Part shown: positions 20,455 through 31,276 of the stretch, in pieces
How positions within the stretch are numbered: position 1 is the stretch's first letter
Layout of the letters: the number at the start of each line of letters is the position of its first letter
Origin: Eubacteriales bacterium
Lineage (GTDB): Bacteria > Bacillota > Clostridia > Saccharofermentanales > DTU023
Length of the DNA stretch: 64,000 nucleotides
Reading direction: 5' to 3'
Assembly: GCA_030532065.1 (NCBI GenBank)
Contig: JAUNLW010000001.1
Span: 304,132-368,131, forward strand
Translations under genes and position numbers: made by a program
Notes under the pieces: generated by a model
What the model saw: only the letters and a program-made list of their open reading frames with translations
Databases searched by the model: none
Told to the model about the DNA's origin: nothing

Positions 20455-20491
20455 CATTTATAAGCCTCTCTGGCTGGAAGGAAGTTATGGA

Positions 20492-21178
20492 ATGAAGCGA
20501 ACAGATATTCTACTAAAAGGTGAGAAGCCTCTGATTTCCCCCTCACTTTTGGCAGCGGACTTTACCAAACTGGCAAGCGAGTTGGAACGGGTAGCGGAGG
20601 CGGACGCTCTCCACTTAGACATTATGGACGGGCACTATGTGCCCAATATTTCTTATGGGCCTGCTATCGTCGGACAACTCAGGCCCTATTGGGGTAAAGC
20701 CTTTGATGTCCATCTCATGGTCAGTGAACCTGAACGCTGGGTAGATCCTTTTGTCAAGGCGGGGGCAGATATCCTGACCTTCCACTGGGAAGCCACTCAC
20801 CACGGCCATCGCTTGATCCAAAATATCCATGAGCAAGGTATTCTGGCGGGTGTCTCTCTCAATCCAGGCACCCCAGTGCAAGTCTTAGATCCCCTTTTAC
20901 CATTCCTGGACTTGGTCTTGATCATGACGGTCAATCCTGGCTTTGGTGGCCAGGCCTATATTGCGGAGATGGAAGCAAAGCTCAAATGGCTGCGCCGAAA
21001 ACGTGAAGAGACAAACGGTAAGTGGCTGATCCAAATCGACGGAGGGGTTTCTGACCAAAACATTGCCTCTGCCAGCCAAGCCGGAGCAGACTTCTTTGTA
21101 GCCGGTACGTCCATCTTCAAGGCGGAATCGCCCGAGAATATGATCCGACGCTTGCGCGACCTGGGCAGGAAAGCCTAA
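20492..21178 (+). CDS. rpe: Ribulose-phosphate 3-epimerase
   Basis: ISPSLLAADF, HLDIMDGHYVPN, MTVNPGFGGQ and IDGG motifs. The start is taken at the internal ATG (MKRTD...). Confidence 0.92.
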   Translation: MKRTDILLKGEKPLISPSLLAADFTKLASELERVAEADALHLDIMDGHYVPNISYGPAIVGQLRPYWGKAFDVHLMVSEPERWVDPFVKAGADILTFHWEATHHGHRLIQNIHEQGILAGVSLNPGTPVQVLDPLLPFLDLVLIMTVNPGFGGQAYIAEMEAKLKWLRRKREETNGKWLIQIDGGVSDQNIASASQAGADFFVAGTSIFKAESPENMIRRLRDLGRKA

Positions 21179-21182
21179 GACC

Positions 21183-21908
21183 ATGTGGCAGGCTTTAGTC
21201 TTATCCGGTGATATCAAAAATCCCGACAGGATCCGCGCGCTCTTGTCCAGGGCAGAGTTGATCTGGGCCAGTGATGGTGGCCTGGATCATCTTTTAGATC
21301 TTGGTATCACTGCTGACTACTATCTAGGTGATGGAGATTCGCTGAGCGATAAAGGTAAGGATTACCTGCAAAACTCGCGGCTTACACGAGAAGTTTTTCC
21401 GGTCTTAAAAGATGAGACTGATTCCGCTTTGACCTTGCGACGCATGTTGCAAGAGGATCAAAAGCACCAGGTCGAAAACTCTCATGCCCATGCCGTGGGC
21501 AGTTTAGACGGAGATTCAGGCTTGATGTTCTTAGCCGCCTTAGGCGCAAGAGTAGACCATGTCCTGGCTAATCTGGACCTGGCTACGCGCTATGTGCGCA
21601 AGGATTTCCCCATACTTTTAACTGACGGCGAAACTTTTATCTGGATCCTGAAAGGACCATTTGACTCTAATATCTCGATACCTTTGGACATCGCGGACGA
21701 GCCGGAAGGACCGCGAAACTATTACACACTGTTGGCTCAGAGCGATGAGGTTACGGATTTGAACTTTAGCGGTGTGCTTTGGCCGCTGCACCGGCGCAAG
21801 CTGTTTAGAGGTATCAATCTGGGAGTAAGCAACCGTCGATTGGCCGGTCAAGTCCCGCATCTAAGCTTTGATTCTGGCATCCTGCGCCTGATTATCTCGC
21901 GGGAATAG
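21183..21908 (+). CDS. thiN: Thiamine pyrophosphokinase
   Basis: Contains SDGGLDHLLDLGITADYYLGDGDS and KDETDSAL. It holds the rpe-thiN position typical of Firmicutes. Confidence 0.8.
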   Translation: MWQALVLSGDIKNPDRIRALLSRAELIWASDGGLDHLLDLGITADYYLGDGDSLSDKGKDYLQNSRLTREVFPVLKDETDSALTLRRMLQEDQKHQVENSHAHAVGSLDGDSGLMFLAALGARVDHVLANLDLATRYVRKDFPILLTDGETFIWILKGPFDSNISIPLDIADEPEGPRNYYTLLAQSDEVTDLNFSGVLWPLHRRKLFRGINLGVSNRRLAGQVPHLSFDSGILRLIISRE

Positions 21909-21912
21909 GCTT

Positions 21913-21942
21913 TTGACAGTCCTTAGCAGGACAATTTATAAT
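21913..21942 (+). promoter_or_regulatory. SigA-type promoter for tyrS
   Basis: TTGACA (21913-21918), an 18-nt spacer, then TATAAT (21937-21942), about 55 nt upstream of the tyrS ATG. Confidence 0.6.
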
Positions 21943-21997
21943 GAGGCCTAGCTTTTTGCTACTAGCAGCTGAAAGCTTAATTTAAGGAGGAGACCAG

Positions 21998-23227
21998 ATG
22001 GCACAAGAAAATATCTATGACGTACTGAAGGCCCGTGGCTATGTAGCCCAAGTGACGCACGAAGAAGAGCTGAGAGAGTTGCTGGGTAAGGAAAAAGTAG
22101 TTTTCTATACGGGCTATGACCCTACCGCCGACAGTCTCCATGTGGGCCATTTAGTACAAATGATGGTCATGTCGCATCTGCAAAGAGCCGGTCACTTCCC
22201 CATCGTACTCCTGGGCGGCGGCACCGGTATGATCGGTGACCCGTCAGGACGCACGGATATGCGTAAGTTCCTGGACAAAGCAACCATCCAGCACAATGTT
22301 GACCGCTTTAAGAAGCAGATGGAGATTGTGCTGGACTTTAGCGAAGGCAAAGCTCTGATGCTTAATAACGCGGAATGGATCGCTCCGCTTAACTACGTGG
22401 AGTTCCTGCGTGAGTTCGGACCACATTTCTCAGTCAACCGTATGCTGACGGCTGAGTGCTACAAAAACCGCCTGGAGCAAGGTTTAACTTTCCTTGAGTT
22501 TAACTACATGCTTCTGCAAGCTTATGACTTCTATTATCTCAACAAAAAATACAACTGCCGTCTGGAAATGGGCGGAGACGACCAGTGGTCCAATATCCTG
22601 GCCGGTACCGATCTCATTCGTCGCAAGGGCGGCGCTGACTCCTTCGGCCTTACTTTCCAACTCTTGACCAAGGCAGACGGCACCAAGATGGGCAAAACAG
22701 CCTCTGGTGCCCTATGGTTAGACGCCAACAAGTGTTCGGTCTACGATTTCTATCAATATTTTGTCAATATCGATGACCGCGATGTGGCCAAATGTATGCG
22801 CATGCTGACCTTCATGCCCTTGGAAGAAATTGATGAGTACGCCAAACTTGAGGGCCAGGCCATCAACGAGGCGAAAAAACGCTTAGCCTTAGAAGTGACT
22901 ACTATTGTTCATGGTCGAGAAGCGGCAGAGCAGGCAGCGGAGCAAGCCAAGCAGATCTTCGGTTCCGCCGGACGGGCGGAGGATATGCCGGGTATTGACT
23001 TGGAGGCTTCTGATCTGGGCCGTGAGCTCTTGGATATTTTGGTAGATGCCGATTTCCTACCCTCCAAGTCGGAAGGACGCCGCCTGATCAAGCAACAAGG
23101 TCTGGCGCTTAACGACGAGCCGGTAACAGACTTTGGCCGCACTATTGAAAATGCTGACTTCCATGACGGTGCGGCCGTGGTGCGCAGAGGCAAGAAAAAC
23201 TTCTTTGCTCTCAAATATCAGGCTTAA
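21998..23227 (+). CDS. tyrS: Tyrosyl-tRNA synthetase
   Basis: Class I HVGH (HIGH) and KMGKT (KMSKS) motifs, plus a C-terminal S4-like domain. Confidence 0.95.
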   Translation: MAQENIYDVLKARGYVAQVTHEEELRELLGKEKVVFYTGYDPTADSLHVGHLVQMMVMSHLQRAGHFPIVLLGGGTGMIGDPSGRTDMRKFLDKATIQHNVDRFKKQMEIVLDFSEGKALMLNNAEWIAPLNYVEFLREFGPHFSVNRMLTAECYKNRLEQGLTFLEFNYMLLQAYDFYYLNKKYNCRLEMGGDDQWSNILAGTDLIRRKGGADSFGLTFQLLTKADGTKMGKTASGALWLDANKCSVYDFYQYFVNIDDRDVAKCMRMLTFMPLEEIDEYAKLEGQAINEAKKRLALEVTTIVHGREAAEQAAEQAKQIFGSAGRAEDMPGIDLEASDLGRELLDILVDADFLPSKSEGRRLIKQQGLALNDEPVTDFGRTIENADFHDGAAVVRRGKKNFFALKYQA

Positions 23228-23233
23228 ATTTTC

Positions 23234-24508
23234 CTAGTTGAATTTTTCTTTACTTTTAAGCTCCTGGGCAGGTTCCAGGAGCTTATTTTGTTGATCAGGC
23301 TTGCCGCGTAAATAGGCATAAAGAGCCCAGGCCCTGCGTTCAATCTCCGCCTGATAGCGAATCTGAGGATCCGAATGATTTAGCGCTTCTGAAAAACGTC
23401 CAATGACTGGAAGTGTAGCCCTTTCTCGCATTTTGCGTAAAAGATATTTGCCTTGCTTATTAAAGGCTAAGGGATAGATAAAGGCGGGCTCGGTCAAGTA
23501 AAGCTCAGCATCGTCCTGGCTTATACCCAGGCAAAGTGAAAGCAAAGCACGCCTGATTCTGCCCGGAGAAAAATTACGAGTTTGAGCTTCTAAAATGGAG
23601 TTACTCTCTCTGGCCCAGACAAATAGCCGCTCCGCGAGTCCACTTTCCATGTAACGATACTGGGAAAGAACTCCTGCTGTAGTGACACGCAAAACCAGTA
23701 GTTTAGCGTAATCTATGAAGGCCTGCTCAGAGCAAAGCTCATTTTTCTGCCAGGCAGTTAAAAGCACAGCCAGGGAAGAGGCTGGCATTACTTCTGACAA
23801 GCTTTCGATGCTGTCCCAATCCACCAGCGCCTTGGTCGCCGCCAGTTTTGGCATAAGAAAATCTCTAATAGCGGAAGCGGACCACGCCAGATTGGTTGCT
23901 TGATTACTCTTAGTTTCCGCCGGACGATTTTGACGCTGGCAAAGGAAAAAGCCACAGTTACTATCTTTGCCAGACTGCTTCAGCGCTGACATATATTCCA
24001 AGACCAGACGACTGTTAGGCTGTTGGAAGCAGGCAATTAGCCTGGAATCGATGCCCAACTCCTCCAGAGCCAGACTCCGGGCGACATGAGGCGATTTACC
24101 AGCGGCAATTTGTTTGCGAATAGCAAGACGCAGGTCCTCAGACTCAGGACTAATCAAACCTGCGGCCTGCTCCAGTAAATCTTTGTCGAAGAGCTCCGAG
24201 GAAGCCGTAAGGATCCGGACAACCCCACTTGATGTCAATAGATTTACACCGGCCTTAGCGTAAGCACTCGCTTCACTGGCGGAAAAAGCTTGTGGGAATA
24301 AGAGCACTAAGTCAGCACCGGCTTGGATAGCCATGCGAGCCCTTTGATGGGCGTCGAGCAGGGCAGGCGCGCCGCGTTGGCAGAAATTGCTTGCCAAGGC
24401 CACCGTAAGGCTGGCATCCGCTCCCAATTTTTCCCGCAAAAAACGGATCTGACTGAGATGACCTAAATGTAAAGGGTTATATTCCGCGATAAGGCCTAGC
24501 TGGCGCAT
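23234..24508 (-). CDS. tmcAL: tRNA(Met) cytidine acetate ligase (UPF0348/YlbM family nucleotidyltransferase)
   Basis: N-terminal GLIAEYNPLHLGHL (HxGH nucleotidyltransferase) followed by QRGAPALL. The start is taken at the internal ATG 24508 (MRQLG...). Confidence 0.8.
   Translation of the reverse strand: MRQLGLIAEYNPLHLGHLSQIRFLREKLGADASLTVALASNFCQRGAPALLDAHQRARMAIQAGADLVLLFPQAFSASEASAYAKAGVNLLTSSGVVRILTASSELFDKDLLEQAAGLISPESEDLRLAIRKQIAAGKSPHVARSLALEELGIDSRLIACFQQPNSRLVLEYMSALKQSGKDSNCGFFLCQRQNRPAETKSNQATNLAWSASAIRDFLMPKLAATKALVDWDSIESLSEVMPASSLAVLLTAWQKNELCSEQAFIDYAKLLVLRVTTAGVLSQYRYMESGLAERLFVWARESNSILEAQTRNFSPGRIRRALLSLCLGISQDDAELYLTEPAFIYPLAFNKQGKYLLRKMRERATLPVIGRFSEALNHSDPQIRYQAEIERRAWALYAYLRGKPDQQNKLLEPAQELKSKEKFN
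23258..23284 (+). terminator. Rho-independent terminator of tyrS, embedded in the 3' coding end of the convergent gene
   Basis: A 10-bp perfect stem, AAGCTCCTGG/CCAGGAGCTT, with a 7-nt loop, followed by ATTTTGTT. Confidence 0.6.
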
Positions 24509-24584
24509 AACTTGCCTGAACCTCCTTAGAGAAGTTATTATAACATGTAGGTAATTGACAGGAAGCAGAGGGCAAGCTGGATAT

Positions 24585-26024
24585 ATGGCAAAAGATGAGA
24601 CCGGATCAGAGAAAGCAAACAACCCCGAAAAAGACAATTTGGGGCAGAATGCTGGTCAGGAAGCATCGGAGCAAAAAGAGCCCAGACCCGAGCGCGAACT
24701 GCGTCCTTTCCTAGAAAAGTCTACTTCTAAAGCCGGCAGTGATCGAACCAGATTATGGAACAAGCTGGGTAACAAAGGCAAAGTGCTCTGGCTGATCTTG
24801 ATCTTGTCTCTCATCTCAGGCGCTCTATATCTCCTTGTTATAAAACCGGGTCAGCATTCAAATTCTAGTGAAGTGGCTTATCGTCAACTATATTTTCCAG
24901 AGCTAAGTAAAGATAACTTTACCTTGATCAGTGGGACAGACAGTATCTATGAGCGAGTGCTCAAAGTTTTTAGTGTGGGAAAAGATGGCCAGGGCCTGGC
25001 AGTGGAACGCTTGCGCCTGGAGTATGAGATACCAGGTCAGGTAGATACGCCAAGAGTTTTACGAACTCTGGATAATGATCCGACTAGTTACAGCGATCAA
25101 TTGCTTAAGCTGCAACTACTTATCGCCACCGGCCGCAAACAAGCCTTCCGCGATCTGGAACAAGAGATCCAGGAAACTTTTCCACAGTATTTGTCAGAGG
25201 CTGCTGAAGCAGATGCCTGGGGTCAACAGCTGGCCTATTTGCGTAGCCTTCTCCTGGCGCGGCAATTCTGGGAAGATAAGGAGCTGGATCAAAGGATCTT
25301 GAGCTATTCCCAACGCCTTTTACCGTTATTTGAGAACGGTTTGCCTGCCCAAGCCAGGAAGGAACTCGCTGATCATATTTACCCGCAGGTTTCGGCCAAA
25401 GACAGAAATGAGCAGGAAGAGTATCAAGACACAAGTTTGATCTATCTGGACACAGTTGATCTCTGGGTTTTAGAGTCCTTAACCGCCTACGATCCTGGCT
25501 GGCAATTGGTGTTCGACCGCTGGCTGGAGCGGATTCGGGGTGGCAGGCTGGACTCGGGCTTTTATGCCTATGCTTGGGATTCTGACCAGGAAAACTATAT
25601 ACCGGCAGATAGCGAGACTTTCCGGGCTAATACCTTGTCCTCACTGTCACAGGCAATCTCGCTTTATGAAGTGGGCGAGGGCAGGCCGGATGATGTGCTC
25701 TTATTTAACCAGCTGTTAGCCAGTTCTTCCAAGCTTTACGATTACTATAACTTAGGCTCCTTAATGCCTATGACGGAAGTAAGCTCAGCGGATAACCTTC
25801 TCGCCCTGCAGTACCTGGGTTATCTGGCTAAGCAGGAACTTCCTGTAGACCTCAGTCGCCAAGCCTTAGCCGGCTTACTTTACCAGGACACCGATCCCGT
25901 GGCGCAGAGTTTTCTTGCCCAAACCGAAGGTAAAGACACCTATTTTTACTTTAGACCCAATGCCAGGCGCATACTCCTGGAAGCCTGGCAGGAAAAGCCA
26001 CTGCTTTTACCACATGAGCGTTGA
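24585..26024 (+). CDS. Hypothetical membrane-anchored protein (disordered N-terminus, one TM helix, helical ectodomain of about 380 aa)
   Basis: Long ORF containing the TM helix VLWLILILSLISGALYLLVI. I recognise no family motif. The start is taken at ATG 24585. Confidence 0.55.
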   Translation: MAKDETGSEKANNPEKDNLGQNAGQEASEQKEPRPERELRPFLEKSTSKAGSDRTRLWNKLGNKGKVLWLILILSLISGALYLLVIKPGQHSNSSEVAYRQLYFPELSKDNFTLISGTDSIYERVLKVFSVGKDGQGLAVERLRLEYEIPGQVDTPRVLRTLDNDPTSYSDQLLKLQLLIATGRKQAFRDLEQEIQETFPQYLSEAAEADAWGQQLAYLRSLLLARQFWEDKELDQRILSYSQRLLPLFENGLPAQARKELADHIYPQVSAKDRNEQEEYQDTSLIYLDTVDLWVLESLTAYDPGWQLVFDRWLERIRGGRLDSGFYAYAWDSDQENYIPADSETFRANTLSSLSQAISLYEVGEGRPDDVLLFNQLLASSSKLYDYYNLGSLMPMTEVSSADNLLALQYLGYLAKQELPVDLSRQALAGLLYQDTDPVAQSFLAQTEGKDTYFYFRPNARRILLEAWQEKPLLLPHER

Positions 26025-26096
26025 AGCTTGGGGCCAAATAATCTATAATTCCGGGGGTTAGTATTCTATAACCAGATTAAATTATGGAGGCGCAGC

Positions 26097-27101
26097 ATGA
26101 CTTTTATTTCTAAAATGATCGAGAAAGCCCAAACCCAAATGAAAACCATCGTTTTGGTCGAAGGCCAAGATCCCAGAGTTCTACAGGCAGCTGTAAAAAT
26201 TACGCAAGACAAAATTGCCAATCTTATCCTGCTTGGTACAGAAGCAAGCAGCAAGGCTGTTTGCCCCGACCTTGATTTCACAGGCATTGAGTTCATCGAA
26301 CCCAAGACTTATCCTCAAATTGAAGCCTATGCCGAACAGTTCTACGAACTACGTAAGCACAAAGGTATTGATATGGACTTTGCCAAAAAAGCTGTGCTTG
26401 ATGAGACTGCCTTTGGCATGATGCTGGTTAAAAACGGAGTAGCGGACGGTCTGGTTTCTGGTGCGGTTCACTCCACCGCCGATACACTTCGTCCCGCTCT
26501 GCAGATTCTCAAGACCAAGCCTGGCACCAAGCTGGTTTCTGCTTTCTTTATCATGGATACTCCGGTCAAGGATTTAGGCCGAGACGGCCTCTTTGTTTTT
26601 GCTGACTGCGGCCTCAATGAGAATCCGGACGCAGAAGCTTTATCCGAGATCGCTATTGCCTCTGCTGAGTCCTTCAATTTCTTTACAGATGCCGAGCCAA
26701 GGGTCGCCATGTTATCTTACTCCAGCTATGGCTCAGCCAAGAGTGAATTAACCGAGAAAGTTGTAGAAGCTACCAAGCTGGCCCAGGAGAAAGCACCCGA
26801 GCTGATCTTAGATGGTGAACTGCAGGTTGACGCTGCTCTGCGTCCCGACACCTCCACCAAAAAAGCTCCCGGCAATAAAGTAGAAGGCAAGGCCAACGTA
26901 CTGGTTTTCCCCGACCTCAACGCCGGCAATATCTCCTACAAATTAGTACAGTATCTAGGCGGAGCCAAAGCTTACGGCCCAATCCTCCAAGGTATTGCCA
27001 AACCGGTCAACGACCTCTCTCGTGGCTGCTCTGCAGATGACATCGTCGGTGTGGTAGCTATTACCGCGGTTCAGGCTCAGGCTGCCAGCCAGGCCAGATA
27101 G
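26097..27101 (+). CDS. pta: Phosphate acetyltransferase
   Basis: IVLVEGQDPRVLQAA, GLVSGAVHSTADTLRP and NISYKL motifs. Paired with ackA. Confidence 0.93.
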   Translation: MTFISKMIEKAQTQMKTIVLVEGQDPRVLQAAVKITQDKIANLILLGTEASSKAVCPDLDFTGIEFIEPKTYPQIEAYAEQFYELRKHKGIDMDFAKKAVLDETAFGMMLVKNGVADGLVSGAVHSTADTLRPALQILKTKPGTKLVSAFFIMDTPVKDLGRDGLFVFADCGLNENPDAEALSEIAIASAESFNFFTDAEPRVAMLSYSSYGSAKSELTEKVVEATKLAQEKAPELILDGELQVDAALRPDTSTKKAPGNKVEGKANVLVFPDLNAGNISYKLVQYLGGAKAYGPILQGIAKPVNDLSRGCSADDIVGVVAITAVQAQAASQAR

Positions 27102-27200
27102 CTTAATTAGTCAGATTGCTGTGCCGGGACAACTTGTCAATTGACCGTCCGGCGCAGCTTAATTTTTAATCCTTAGAACACGGAATAAGAAAGGAAAAGC

Positions 27201-28412
27201 ATGAAAGTTTTAGTAATCAACGCCGGCAGTTCGTCACTCAAGTATCAGCTCCTCGATACCGCTAAGCAAGAGCTCCTTGCCAAAGGTCTCTGCGAGCGTA
27301 TCGGCCTAGACGCTCCGCGTCTTAAGCATGAGCCTGCTGGCAAAGACAAATACGAAGTACAGGTAGCTATGCCTGACCATGCCGCCGCTATCAGCGCAGT
27401 TATCGAAGCTCTAACCGATGCCGATCACGGCGTGGTCAAGTCCATGGACGAGGTCGACGCTGTTGGTCATCGCGTGGTTCACGGTGGTGACTTCTATGCC
27501 GAGTCCGTACTCATTGACGAAGACGTCAAAAAAGCAATCAAGGCCTGCTATGGTCTTTCTCCCTTGCATAACCCGGCTAACATGACCGGTATTGAAGCCT
27601 GCGAGAAATTAATGCCCGGTAAGCCCATGGTGGCTGTTTTCGATACCGCCTTCCACCAGACCATGCCTGCCAGGGCTTTTATGTACGGACTGCCCTATAA
27701 GTACTACGAAGAAGACAGGATTAGACGCTACGGTGCTCACGGTACCTCCCACCGCTACGTTTCTCAGCGAGCTGCTGACATAATGGGCCGCGATCCTAAA
27801 AATCCCGAAGGCCTGCGTCTGGTAACCCTCCACTTGGGTAACGGCTCTTCCTTAGCCGCTGTAGTTGATGGTAAGGTCCAGGATACTTCCATGGGTCTCA
27901 CGCCTCTGGAAGGTCCGCTCATGGGTACCCGCTGCGGTAATATTGACCCCGCTATCGTTGGCTATCTCATGGATAAGCACAATTTGAGTACCAAAGATAT
28001 TGATCGCATCATGAATAAAGAGTCTGGTGTTTTAGGTATCTCCGGTGTATCTTCCGACTTCCGCGACCTGGAAGCTGCTGCCAAAGAAGGTAATGAAAGA
28101 GCGCAACTTGCTTTGGATATGTTCGCTTACCAGGTTCGTAAGATCATGGGTTCATACATTTTCGCCATGGGCGGTGTAGATGCTCTGGTATTTACTGCTG
28201 GTATTGGTGAGAACGACGCTTATATGCGTAAGCAGATTTGCGCTGGCCTGGCTGATCTCGGTATCGAGATCGACGACGAGAAGAACTCTTCCCTCCGTGG
28301 TAAAGAGGCTGATCTGGCAACGGAAGCTTCCAAGGTCAGAGTTTTACTCATCCCCACCAATGAAGAACTGATGATCGCGAAAGATACCGAAGAGATTGTC
28401 AAAAACGCGTAA
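27201..28412 (+). CDS. ackA: Acetate kinase
   Basis: VINAGSSSLKYQL, GHRVVHGG, HLGNGSS and TAGIGEN motifs. Confidence 0.95.
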   Translation: MKVLVINAGSSSLKYQLLDTAKQELLAKGLCERIGLDAPRLKHEPAGKDKYEVQVAMPDHAAAISAVIEALTDADHGVVKSMDEVDAVGHRVVHGGDFYAESVLIDEDVKKAIKACYGLSPLHNPANMTGIEACEKLMPGKPMVAVFDTAFHQTMPARAFMYGLPYKYYEEDRIRRYGAHGTSHRYVSQRAADIMGRDPKNPEGLRLVTLHLGNGSSLAAVVDGKVQDTSMGLTPLEGPLMGTRCGNIDPAIVGYLMDKHNLSTKDIDRIMNKESGVLGISGVSSDFRDLEAAAKEGNERAQLALDMFAYQVRKIMGSYIFAMGGVDALVFTAGIGENDAYMRKQICAGLADLGIEIDDEKNSSLRGKEADLATEASKVRVLLIPTNEELMIAKDTEEIVKNA

Positions 28413-28437
28413 GCTTAAATAACCTAATTATCCGTCC

Positions 28438-28462
28438 GGACTTGCGCTCGGAGCGCAAGTCC
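28438..28462 (+). terminator. Hairpin downstream of ackA (probable terminator)
   Basis: GGACTTGCGCT / AGCGCAAGTCC stem of about 10-11 bp. The following tract is only weakly T-rich. Confidence 0.45.
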
Positions 28463-28506
28463 GATTCCTATTTAGCCTCAAGTGCTGAAAGAAGGGAGAA
28501 GAAGCA

Positions 28507-29946
28507 ATGGCAAAAAACGATAAGCTGGTCCAAGATATTACACCCAGGAGTGAAGACTTTGCCCAATGGTACACCGACGTAGTCAAGAAGGCAGAACTGA
28601 CTTCTTACTCACCGGTCAGGGGCGCCATGATCTTGCGACCTTATGGCTTTGCTATCTGGGAAAATATTCAGAAGGATCTGGACCGCCGTTTTAAAGAGAC
28701 AGGACACCTCAACGTTGCCATGCCTCTCCTGATTCCTGAGTCACTCCTGCAAAAGGAGAAAGATCACGTAGAGGGTTTTGCTCCGGAAGTTGCCTGGGTC
28801 ACGCACGGCGGCGCTACAGAGCTGGAAGAGCGGCTCTGCATTCGTCCAACATCAGAAGTACTCTTCTGTTCTCACTACGCGGAGATTATCCAGTCCTACC
28901 GCGACCTGCCCAAACTCTATAACCAATGGGTTTCAGTTGTACGTTGGGAAAAAACCACACGTCCCTTCCTGAGAACGACCGAGTTTTACTGGCAGGAAGG
29001 CCACACCGCGCACGCTACTGCTGAAGAAGCGCAGGCAGAGACCAGGCGTATTCTGCAGATCTATATAGATTTCTACGAGAACGTATTGGCCATTCCGGTC
29101 ATTCGCGGCTTAAAAACTGATAAAGAAAAATTCGCCGGCGCGGAGAAAACCTACACGGTTGAAGCTATGATGCACGATGGTAAAGCCCTGCAAGGTGGTA
29201 CTTCCCACTATTTCGGTGATGGCTTTGCCCGCGCTTTCGATATTACCTATTCGGATGAGAACAACGAACTCAAGTATGTTTACCAAACATCTTGGGGTGT
29301 ATCTACCCGCATGATCGGTGGCATCATCATGGTACATGGTGATGATGACGGTCTGATCTTGCCTCCGCGTATTGCGCCCTGGCAGCTGGTTGTAGTACCT
29401 ATCGCTCTCCAGAAACCTGGTGTGAGAGAAGCCAATGAGAAGCTGGTTGAGCGTTTAAAAGCTAATTTCAGACTGACGAGTGACTTTAGCGATAAAATGC
29501 CTGGCTGGAAATTCTCTGAATACGAGATGCGCGGCGTGCCTCTGCGCTTAGAGTATGGTCCCAAGGACATCGAAAAAGGCCAGGTCGTAGCCGTCCGCCG
29601 AGATAATCGTGAGAAGATTTTCCTGAAAATTGACGAGAACCTGGAAGACAATATCCAGAAAATTTTGGACCAGATCCATAACGATCTTTACGCCAAGGCT
29701 GAGGAAGAACTCTATTCTCGCATTTATGAAGCCGATGACTACGAAACCATGTCTAAATTGCTCACTGAGAAACCCGGCTTCGTAAAGACCTATTGGTGCG
29801 GCGATGTAGCCTGTGAAGAAAAAGTAAAGGCTGATCTGCAGGCCTCTTCCCGCTGCCTCTTGGAAGAAGAAGTACCTGAGGATGCCTGCTGCCCCATTTG
29901 CGGCAGCAAAGCCAAGTATAAGATCTACTGGGGTAAGGCTTACTAG
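28507..29946 (+). CDS. proS: Prolyl-tRNA synthetase (short archaeal/eukaryote-like type)
   Basis: About 479 aa, class II. Contains [13 protein letters not shown] and [11 protein letters not shown], with a C-terminal Zn-binding region (CGDVACE...CCPICG). Confidence 0.9.
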   Translation: MAKNDKLVQDITPRSEDFAQWYTDVVKKAELTSYSPVRGAMILRPYGFAIWENIQKDLDRRFKETGHLNVAMPLLIPESLLQKEKDHVEGFAPEVAWVTHGGATELEERLCIRPTSEVLFCSHYAEIIQSYRDLPKLYNQWVSVVRWEKTTRPFLRTTEFYWQEGHTAHATAEEAQAETRRILQIYIDFYENVLAIPVIRGLKTDKEKFAGAEKTYTVEAMMHDGKALQGGTSHYFGDGFARAFDITYSDENNELKYVYQTSWGVSTRMIGGIIMVHGDDDGLILPPRIAPWQLVVVPIALQKPGVREANEKLVERLKANFRLTSDFSDKMPGWKFSEYEMRGVPLRLEYGPKDIEKGQVVAVRRDNREKIFLKIDENLEDNIQKILDQIHNDLYAKAEEELYSRIYEADDYETMSKLLTEKPGFVKTYWCGDVACEEKVKADLQASSRCLLEEEVPEDACCPICGSKAKYKIYWGKAY

Positions 29947-29956
29947 GACCTAGATC

Positions 29957-31072
29957 CTAGTCTTGTTTTGACTCTTCAATAGCGGTCATGTTCTTCTGCG
30001 TGGCAGGGAACATGGCCGCTTTTACTTTGCCGGCAAAGACGAAGGCGAAGATGGTAACGATGGCGCAGATAATCAGGAAAGCATAGAAATTGATAAAACG
30101 AGCTAAGATCATGGCGGACTCAACCTGGCCGTCAGGCAGGACATTGCGGAACATGGTGACAAAACCCTTCTCCGTAATGCCAACCGCGCCTGGGGTAGGG
30201 AATCCGGAAGAAGCCAGAAAGAGCACGCTCTGCAAAGAAAAGGTGGGCCAGATAATTTCTTGACCCGCTCCCAGAGCCCGGCAGGCAGTGTAGGGAACCA
30301 GATTATAAGCGCCGAACTGGATTAGCCGGATAAAAAATAGCCGGCACATTAGAGCAGGCTGCTTAGTCAGCCCACGAGCCGCCGCTCCGTAATCATTAAA
30401 AAATGCGTCCAGTTTGTTACGCACCTTAGCCTGATGGCGGAAAACTTTCTTCTTATTCAGCCAGTTCAAGACTTTGCGGCTATATTTATGAATGTGCTTG
30501 GGGAAAATGCTGGCGCCCAGCATAAGCAGCAGTAAGCCGCCATTAAATAAATAGCCTACGATCAGCATGTATTTCATACCGAAAAGGTTGGCCTTCATGA
30601 GATCCCATTGCCAGATCAGCATGCCCGTAGCATAGAGGATCATCACAATGTTATTGAACATGGTGTCCGCGATAAAAAACATGGAAGCGCCACCAACATT
30701 AACTCCACAACGGTGTAGATAGAGAAGTTGCATAGGCTGGCCACCACTGGAGGAAGGGGTTATGCTGTTGAAGTAATAGCCTATGTTGGCAGTATTTAGA
30801 CAAGCTATATAAAGTGGCTTGTAGCCAAAGAGCTTGATAATCAGGACGCGGAAGAATTCGGCCCAGGACAGTAAGTAGATCGTCATTAAGGCAAAACCGG
30901 CTGCTACCCAACGAGGATCAGCATTCAAGATTGAGTTACGTATAGCTTCAGGACTGGTGTCTCTCAGGATGCCCTTCATGGTCCAAAATAGGATCAATAA
31001 CATAAAGGCCAGGCTGGCTACGTACTTAATCACAGTGCGTTTTTGCTTTTCTTGGCTCTGTACTTTGCTCAT
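29957..31072 (-). CDS. Polytopic membrane protein, flippase-like / LPG-synthase-TM (UPF0104) type
   Basis: About 8 TM helices. The overall layout and N-terminal region resemble UPF0104 proteins. The family assignment is from memory only. Confidence 0.5.
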   Translation of the reverse strand: MSKVQSQEKQKRTVIKYVASLAFMLLILFWTMKGILRDTSPEAIRNSILNADPRWVAAGFALMTIYLLSWAEFFRVLIIKLFGYKPLYIACLNTANIGYYFNSITPSSSGGQPMQLLYLHRCGVNVGGASMFFIADTMFNNIVMILYATGMLIWQWDLMKANLFGMKYMLIVGYLFNGGLLLLMLGASIFPKHIHKYSRKVLNWLNKKKVFRHQAKVRNKLDAFFNDYGAAARGLTKQPALMCRLFFIRLIQFGAYNLVPYTACRALGAGQEIIWPTFSLQSVLFLASSGFPTPGAVGITEKGFVTMFRNVLPDGQVESAMILARFINFYAFLIICAIVTIFAFVFAGKVKAAMFPATQKNMTAIEESKQD

Positions 31073-31189
31073 GCTCGTTTTATCACTCTCCAGTTTGGCA
31101 AGTCGATCTAGGCTCCAAAGATATCAGCCTGTATTATATACTGTAATACGCGTTTGAGCTAGCAGCTAAAAGCTGATTTAGAAAAAAAC

Positions 31190-31218
31190 TTGACATGGCC
31201 CTTGAGGCATGAGATAAT
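31190..31218 (+). promoter_or_regulatory. SigA-type promoter for rpmF
   Basis: TTGACA (31190-31195), a 17-nt spacer, then GATAAT (31213-31218). Confidence 0.55.
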
Positions 31219-31276
31219 CTCAGGCGCTGATTTACAGACTTTTTTAGATAAACGTTTATTTTGGAGGCAATAAAAG

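Noticed and set aside
21909-21997. T-box leaders upstream of tyrS (also checked proS at 28413-28506 and argS at 58036-58052)
   Set aside because: The intergenic spaces are about 90 nt or less, far shorter than a T-box. They show only a promoter or a simple hairpin, with no specifier loop or T-box sequence.
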